Program-made: the position numbers and the translations under genes
Virus record (IMG/VR): IMGVR_UViG_3300020576_007701
Strand: one strand, 5' to 3'
Length of the DNA: 64,000 nt
Source: a virus
Taxonomy: Duplodnaviria > Caudoviricetes
In this document: positions 58,995 through 64,000 of the stretch, one piece after another
How the letters are laid out: each line of letters begins with the position of its first letter
How positions within the stretch are numbered: the stretch's first letter is position 1
Notes under the pieces: model-generated
What the model was told of the DNA's origin: nothing
The model's database searches: none
What the model saw: the letters and a program-made list of their open reading frames with translations, nothing else

Positions 58995-59623
58995 TCTATT
59001 GTTGCTAGTTTTTTCATGTAAAGCTTTGTATCAATAGTTGCTTGATTTTTACCACCAAGTCTTGGATACAACTTGTATATAAATATGCTAAATAAAGTGT
59101 AAAATGACAGCGAGCTGCCTTTTTGAATAGAAGTTATACTAATTTTTCCATTATGGGTCATTACTTTAAAAACATACTTTCTACGTTTATTTTCTATGTG
59201 TAAAAATACCCAAGATTGAGTTTTACATCTCAACATGTGTTTTTCTACAAACTCTCCATTTACATAGCAATTTGCCAATATGTCTATGGTTCCATTTTCA
59301 TTTCCTTTCCAACATATAGAAGCTGAATTCCATTTTCTATATCCACAAGCAAACCCATAAATTGTATTCGCCACCTCTGTGTTTTTCATGATTTGAGCAC
59401 ATGAAGGAAATAAATAGACCCTCATGGATTGCGAATACATAGCGCCGTTTAGCGTTATATTAAAAAAAAGGAAAGCTAAAAGTGTTATGAATCCAGCTGT
59501 CATGCTTTGAAGCTCTATCGACAAAAATAAACCAGCTACAAGACAAAAAAGTTGATAGTAAATTGGCTGTTCTTTTTGGCCGACAGATGCAGATTTGCCT
59601 TTTGGTATACTATAAAGATTCAT
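58991..59623 (-). CDS. Membrane-anchored beta-sandwich protein
   Basis: Two N-terminal hydrophobic segments followed by a beta-rich domain. Confidence 0.55.
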   Translation of the reverse strand: MNLYSIPKGKSASVGQKEQPIYYQLFCLVAGLFLSIELQSMTAGFITLLAFLFFNITLNGAMYSQSMRVYLFPSCAQIMKNTEVANTIYGFACGYRKWNSASICWKGNENGTIDILANCYVNGEFVEKHMLRCKTQSWVFLHIENKRRKYVFKVMTHNGKISITSIQKGSSLSFYTLFSIFIYKLYPRLGGKNQATIDTKLYMKKLATIE

Positions 59624-59668
59624 GTTATTGTTTATTTTATAGATTAGGTTTTATATATTTTAGAAATA

Positions 59669-59680
59669 TATTTATAAATA
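59669..59680. promoter_or_regulatory. Palindromic TATTTATAAATA, candidate bidirectional late promoter
   Basis: Lies between divergent genes 59623(-) and 59692(+). Confidence 0.5.
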
Positions 59681-59691
59681 AACAAATAAAA

Positions 59692-60795
59692 ATGATTTTT
59701 AACAATAAGCTAGATTTTTGTGTAATACCAAGTCCACAAGGAAACACATACAAATATTTAATATTTGTCGCTATTAGAGGCACAAATAAAGTTGATGATG
59801 TTTTGTGTTCAGACCCAGATTATGAAATTTTGGTGCAATCCATGTTTAATAAAGGTTTGGAAGAAATTGACTCATGCACATTTGAATCTAAAAATCCAAT
59901 AACTACCAAGCAAGATCTAGATAGATTAATGAAAAGTGTGGTTTCTCTTGGTATAAAATATAGCAAACCATTAGAGTTTAATATTTTATCTGAATTTAAT
60001 GCTTTGCGACATGAACTTGGATATATACCTGGTTTTGAAATACCTGATGACAACAATATTATTTTTTCTACATCTATAGAAAAAATGGAAGATAATTATT
60101 CTTTAAAAAATAAGGTTCCAAACGTCGGAGAAAAGATAAGGTTAAATTTTTATATATTTTTACAATGCGTTTTTCAAAACGAAAATGATGTGTTCTTAGA
60201 ATTGGTCGGTGATTTATATTCAAAAGACAATTCAAATATTAGGAATTTTCTTCAGATAGCTTCTTCTGATTTTATTAGATTGGAGTCAAACTCTCCAAAC
60301 ATGATTGTTCTTCAAAGCACAAAGACATACAAGGATTTTTTAAAAGAAATTCATTTTTTATACAACGGTAGTTTTAAATACATTAAACATTTAATTGACA
60401 GAAACGGAAATACAATTGTAAGAACAAAAGAATATCTATACAACATACTTGAAATGAAGAAAAATGTTAACCCAAACCATAGAATTGTGGTCGAGGTAAA
60501 TTTAAATAAATATTTTGATGACATGATAAAAATGTCAAAAAAAATAAGAAAAGAACAATTAGCTGAAAATAAAAAGACTTGCGATTTAAACAACATCAAA
60601 ATAAACATTGTTGAGCTAAAAGATAAGTTAAGCGGTAAAATGTTAAATTATGCAGAAACTGACGAATTTGAAAAAGCTAACAATGTTAAAAAAGACATTC
60701 ATTTTATAGAAAACAAGCTAGAACTCATTGAAAACCTAGACGAAAAAGTAATTACTCACGAAGAATATATCAAAAATTTTTGTCTAAACTATTAA
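59692..60795 (+). CDS. Hypothetical protein with C-terminal UVR (UvrB/C) motif
   Basis: ELKDKL...M..YAETDEFEKANNVKKDI; ATG at 59692 preferred. Confidence 0.55.
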   Translation: MIFNNKLDFCVIPSPQGNTYKYLIFVAIRGTNKVDDVLCSDPDYEILVQSMFNKGLEEIDSCTFESKNPITTKQDLDRLMKSVVSLGIKYSKPLEFNILSEFNALRHELGYIPGFEIPDDNNIIFSTSIEKMEDNYSLKNKVPNVGEKIRLNFYIFLQCVFQNENDVFLELVGDLYSKDNSNIRNFLQIASSDFIRLESNSPNMIVLQSTKTYKDFLKEIHFLYNGSFKYIKHLIDRNGNTIVRTKEYLYNILEMKKNVNPNHRIVVEVNLNKYFDDMIKMSKKIRKEQLAENKKTCDLNNIKINIVELKDKLSGKMLNYAETDEFEKANNVKKDIHFIENKLELIENLDEKVITHEEYIKNFCLNY

Positions 60796-60810
60796 TTTTT
60801 ATTATATTTG
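60779..60810 (+). promoter_or_regulatory. Bacteroidota-type housekeeping promoter (TTTG-N20-TATATTTG)
   Basis: Exact -33/-7 consensus match ahead of the nucleotide-metabolism operon. Confidence 0.75.
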
Positions 60811-60826
60811 CTGTAAATTATAGATT

Positions 60827-62011
60827 ATGGCAGCAAAAAGTGAAAACAGTGAAATAAGAGAAGCTCTAGAGGTAGCTCTTAATGCGTTAAATAAAAAAGA
60901 ATTACAAACCGAAGACGTTAAATTAAAAAACTATTTAAACGATAGCGCCAAAACTTTGTCTGGAATTTTTTACTACGATGAAAAAAACGATTCTGAACCA
61001 GACATTGTATTTTTTACAGATAAAGTTATAAAAGCATGCAGATCTCTTGATGTTGTTAAAAAGAAAAAGTTTTACAACAAAAAAGTTGACATTTCTTCTA
61101 GCGCACCAGGAAATTTAAAATTTAAAAAAGATTACAAGGGCGAAAATATTTTGCATGCAGCTATTGGATTAGCAACAGAGTGCGGAGAAATATTGGAAGA
61201 AGTTGTTAGAAGCAAATACGAAAGCGCCCCACTTGATGTAGCAAACATAAAAGAAGAAATCGGAGACATCACCTGGTATTTAGCAATACTTTTAAGAGAT
61301 TTAGACATTGATCTTTTTGACGCAATGGCTACAAACATTGAAAAACTTAAAAAAAGATACCCAGGAGAAAAATTTTCCACAGAAAGAGCTAACAATAGAG
61401 ATTTAGCATCAGAGAGAAGTGTTATAGAGGGTAATACAATACCACCAGAGTTTGATCAAACTTCTCATTTACCAAAAGACAAAAGAGTTTTACCTAATGG
61501 TGGTTTAGCGCCAACAAATATTTGGGACGCAAAACAAATAGACGAATACAACAAACTTAGTTTGGTAGAACAAATGAGAAGGCTTTATAATAGCGGTGCC
61601 AAAGTAAATGTGACACAAAAAATACACACACACACTTTGCCAATAAACGAATTTTCAAAACCATTTTCTTATTTAGCAAACAATAAAGATAGCGGTTCTT
61701 TTATTATTAACCTGGCCGCCTCTGAACATGATTTCAAAAGAATAGCTACAGAATTTAAAGTAAACCTTGATAAAGAATTAAAGGCTTGTGAAAACAACAA
61801 CATGATAATGGTCACTGTTTATGATATTACTGGCTCTTCGTTGCAAAATGAAGAAAAAAGATTTATTCTAACATTTGATTTTAATGCATTATCTGGAATT
61901 ATTAAATTATCTGGAATTCTTTTTGAAGGTGGTTTAAATAAAAATTTGAGTCAAAGACAATTTGGAGAACTAGAAGATTTTTGTAGAGCTAAAAAAATAA
62001 ACATTTTTTAA
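60827..62011 (+). CDS. MazG-like NTP pyrophosphohydrolase with long extensions
   Basis: HAAIGLATECGEILE...IKEEIGDITWYL...NIEKLKKRYP. Confidence 0.85.
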   Translation: MAAKSENSEIREALEVALNALNKKELQTEDVKLKNYLNDSAKTLSGIFYYDEKNDSEPDIVFFTDKVIKACRSLDVVKKKKFYNKKVDISSSAPGNLKFKKDYKGENILHAAIGLATECGEILEEVVRSKYESAPLDVANIKEEIGDITWYLAILLRDLDIDLFDAMATNIEKLKKRYPGEKFSTERANNRDLASERSVIEGNTIPPEFDQTSHLPKDKRVLPNGGLAPTNIWDAKQIDEYNKLSLVEQMRRLYNSGAKVNVTQKIHTHTLPINEFSKPFSYLANNKDSGSFIINLAASEHDFKRIATEFKVNLDKELKACENNNMIMVTVYDITGSSLQNEEKRFILTFDFNALSGIIKLSGILFEGGLNKNLSQRQFGELEDFCRAKKINIF

Positions 62012-62013
62012 AT

Positions 62014-63144
62014 ATGAAACAATACTTAGATTTATTAAAAAAAATAAAAGAAGAAGGCACATACAAACCTGCCGCTAGATCTGGAATGCCAGGGACACAA
62101 AGCTTATTTGATGACTTTGGTTTTAAGCACAATTTAACCGATGGTTTCCCACTTCTTACAACAAAGAAAATGTTTTTTAAAGGCGTGGTTGTTGAACTTC
62201 TTTGGTTTCTTCGTGGAGATACGAATGTAAAATATTTAATTGATAATGGCGTTAACATCTGGAATGAAGATGCTTATAATTTTTATTTAAAAGAGTGCAA
62301 AAAATGCAACATTGTTTCTGAATACATATACACTTTTGATGAATTTGTGAACCATATTAAATTGGGTAACCAACATAGCATTGGAGGTTTATCAAATGAC
62401 TATATTTTGGGCGACTGTGGGTATCAATATGGTAGAGTGTGGAGAAAGTGGGCAACAGAATTCGATTTAATGGAACAAGATGGTAGTAATAAACGCCCTA
62501 TGTACTGTGATCAAATTGCAGGTGTAATAAACTCGCTTAAAAAAAACCCAGAATCAAGAAGACACTTGGTTACAGCTATTGATCCTGGCCACGACCAAGA
62601 ACTTGCTCTATATTGGTGCCACGCACTATTCCAATTCAACTGTAGGCCTTTAACGGCTATTGAAAGAGAGAAGAATTATGGCATTATTAAAAACTACACA
62701 GATGACCAAGTATCTCAAGAGCATTTCCATTTTTCCGATGAAGATGTACACAAAGCAATGGACAAAGAAAACGTTCCAAAATATTATTTAGATTGCAAAT
62801 TATATCAAAGGTCGGCTGATGTTTTTTTGGGTGTTCCTTTTAATATTGCCTCTTATGCTTTGCTCACTATTTTCTTCTCAAAAATTTGCAATATGATTCC
62901 AGGAAAATTCATTCATGATTTTGGCGATGTTCACATTTACGATAATCACAAAGAGGCGGTTGAAACACAATTATCAAGAGAACCAATGCCATTGCCAAAG
63001 TTAGTAGAAACGAGAGAAATAGATTGGAAATTAATTGGTGATACAGCAGATTTTTCTTCTTTATCTTATACTGATTTTAAATTAGAAAATTACAACTCTC
63101 ATCCTAGCATTAAAGCCGAATTATCAACTGGTTTAATAAAATAA
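62014..63144 (+). CDS. thyA: Thymidylate synthase
   Basis: MKQYLDL, FPLLTTKK, ELLWFLRGDTN, SRRHLV, catalytic CH, YQRSADVFLGVPFNIASY and GDVHIY. Confidence 0.97.
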   Translation: MKQYLDLLKKIKEEGTYKPAARSGMPGTQSLFDDFGFKHNLTDGFPLLTTKKMFFKGVVVELLWFLRGDTNVKYLIDNGVNIWNEDAYNFYLKECKKCNIVSEYIYTFDEFVNHIKLGNQHSIGGLSNDYILGDCGYQYGRVWRKWATEFDLMEQDGSNKRPMYCDQIAGVINSLKKNPESRRHLVTAIDPGHDQELALYWCHALFQFNCRPLTAIEREKNYGIIKNYTDDQVSQEHFHFSDEDVHKAMDKENVPKYYLDCKLYQRSADVFLGVPFNIASYALLTIFFSKICNMIPGKFIHDFGDVHIYDNHKEAVETQLSREPMPLPKLVETREIDWKLIGDTADFSSLSYTDFKLENYNSHPSIKAELSTGLIK

Positions 63145-63146
63145 AA

Positions 63147-63950
63147 ATGTCCGAAATCAACATAGAAATACCTGCGCATTTATTGCACCCTGGAAAATAT
63201 AATCAAATTAATTTTGATGCCATGGAAAATAAAAGCATTATTGCACTTATGGGATATGCTAAATCTGGAAAAGATTTTATTGCCAAAAAATTTGTTGAGG
63301 AATATGGTTATAAAAAAATTGGCTTTGCAGACAACGTAAAAAGAGATATGAATTCTTTTTTAAAAGACCAAGTTGTAAAAGACGTGTTTGAAAAAACTGG
63401 TGTTATTTTAAAAGATTTAGATTTTTTTTCTGAAATTATTGAAATAAAAAAGACAATTAGACCATACATTATTTGGTATGCTGAAAAACTAAGAGAAATA
63501 AATGGGATTTTTTATTGGATAAACAAAGCATTTGAATTTGATGGTAAGGACGCTGAAAAAATAATTATTTCAGATCTTAGAAGACTTCCTGAATTAAACA
63601 TATTCAAGGATTCAATGGAGTTTAATAAGCGTACTATAACTTCTTTTACAGAAGCTGGCGTTTATAAAGACAATGTGCCATACAAAAATTTTAGCACACT
63701 TTTATTTGAAGTCAATCAATTCGGTCTTAAAGACTCAGATCAACTTACAATTGATACTATTTTAGAAGCACGTGAGCAGTGGTTAATTGATGACACTTTT
63801 TATGTAGACTCAAGATTGCCTCAAGATGGTGGTTTTAGAAAAAAAGCAATCGACATTCAAATAAAAAAAATTGTAAAAAAATTTGGAATTGAAAAGCCAG
63901 ATAAGACAAAACATGTGCAAACAACAATTTTTCAAAAAACTGAAAATTAA
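63147..63950 (+). CDS. Deoxynucleoside monophosphate kinase (T4 gp1-like)
   Basis: IALMGYAKSGKD, IGFADNVK and IIISDLR. Confidence 0.8.
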   Translation: MSEINIEIPAHLLHPGKYNQINFDAMENKSIIALMGYAKSGKDFIAKKFVEEYGYKKIGFADNVKRDMNSFLKDQVVKDVFEKTGVILKDLDFFSEIIEIKKTIRPYIIWYAEKLREINGIFYWINKAFEFDGKDAEKIIISDLRRLPELNIFKDSMEFNKRTITSFTEAGVYKDNVPYKNFSTLLFEVNQFGLKDSDQLTIDTILEAREQWLIDDTFYVDSRLPQDGGFRKKAIDIQIKKIVKKFGIEKPDKTKHVQTTIFQKTEN

Positions 63951-63977
63951 TTATTTGTATTTATAAAAAAAACAACC

Positions 63978-64000
63978 ATGCTTCAAATAAATGAACAAAC
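63978..64000 (+). CDS. Start of a gene running out of the window
   Basis: ATG 13 nt after TATTTAT (63958-63964). Confidence 0.45.

Noticed and set aside
62014-63144. ThyA as a base-modifying hydroxymethylase
   Set aside because: It retains the canonical YQRSAD...PFN motif of dUMP-specific thymidylate synthase.
1-64000. Genome-wide stop-codon reassignment (code 4, 15 or 25)
   Set aside because: Standard code gives near-complete coding density; TAG ends several genes cleanly and only one in-frame TGA was found.
1-64000. tRNA, rRNA or structured ncRNA genes
   Set aside because: Intergenic gaps are short and AT-rich and I saw no cloverleaf or long structure; a covariance-model scan would be needed to exclude them fully.

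Overview
Strongly AT-rich, gene-dense segment of a large tailed dsDNA phage with a contractile-tail (myovirus-type) baseplate. No capsid, terminase, portal or DNA polymerase gene is recognisable in 64 kb, so the genome is probably much larger than this window. Layout: vWA protein, two glycosyltransferases and a phage sigma factor (1-4.2 kb). Baseplate/tail cluster with gp5/gpV-, gp25-, gp6/J- and P2 I-like genes (4.6-27.4 kb). Replication/recombination genes with two free-standing endonucleases (27.4-40.2 kb): RuvC-like resolvase, primase, fused Mre11-Rad50, Cas4-like nuclease and SNF2 helicase. Mixed region (40-64 kb): endolysin, IF3, putative head-packaged proteins, spanin-like protein, metallothionein-like peptide, MazG-like protein, ThyA and dNMP kinase. 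Two promoter classes can be read from the sequence. TTG-N19/20-TATATTTN matches the Bacteroidota housekeeping promoter, lies ahead of replication/metabolism genes and points to a Bacteroidota host. TATTTAT lies mostly 11-25 nt ahead of virion/lysis genes and is the likely late promoter. Most notable findings: (i) a TnsA-like nuclease cassette bounded by an 18-bp direct repeat that duplicates the start of the Mre11-Rad50 gene; (ii) a single in-frame TGA inside an otherwise continuous 471-codon structural gene; (iii) a synonymously recoded 27-bp block next to a GIY-YIG gene; (iv) a phage IF3 with no AUG start; (v) a family of late proteins sharing a short helical tag, some carrying ART-like or WYL-like domains; (vi) a phage metallothionein-like peptide. 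All family assignments come from motif recognition by eye; no database search was run.
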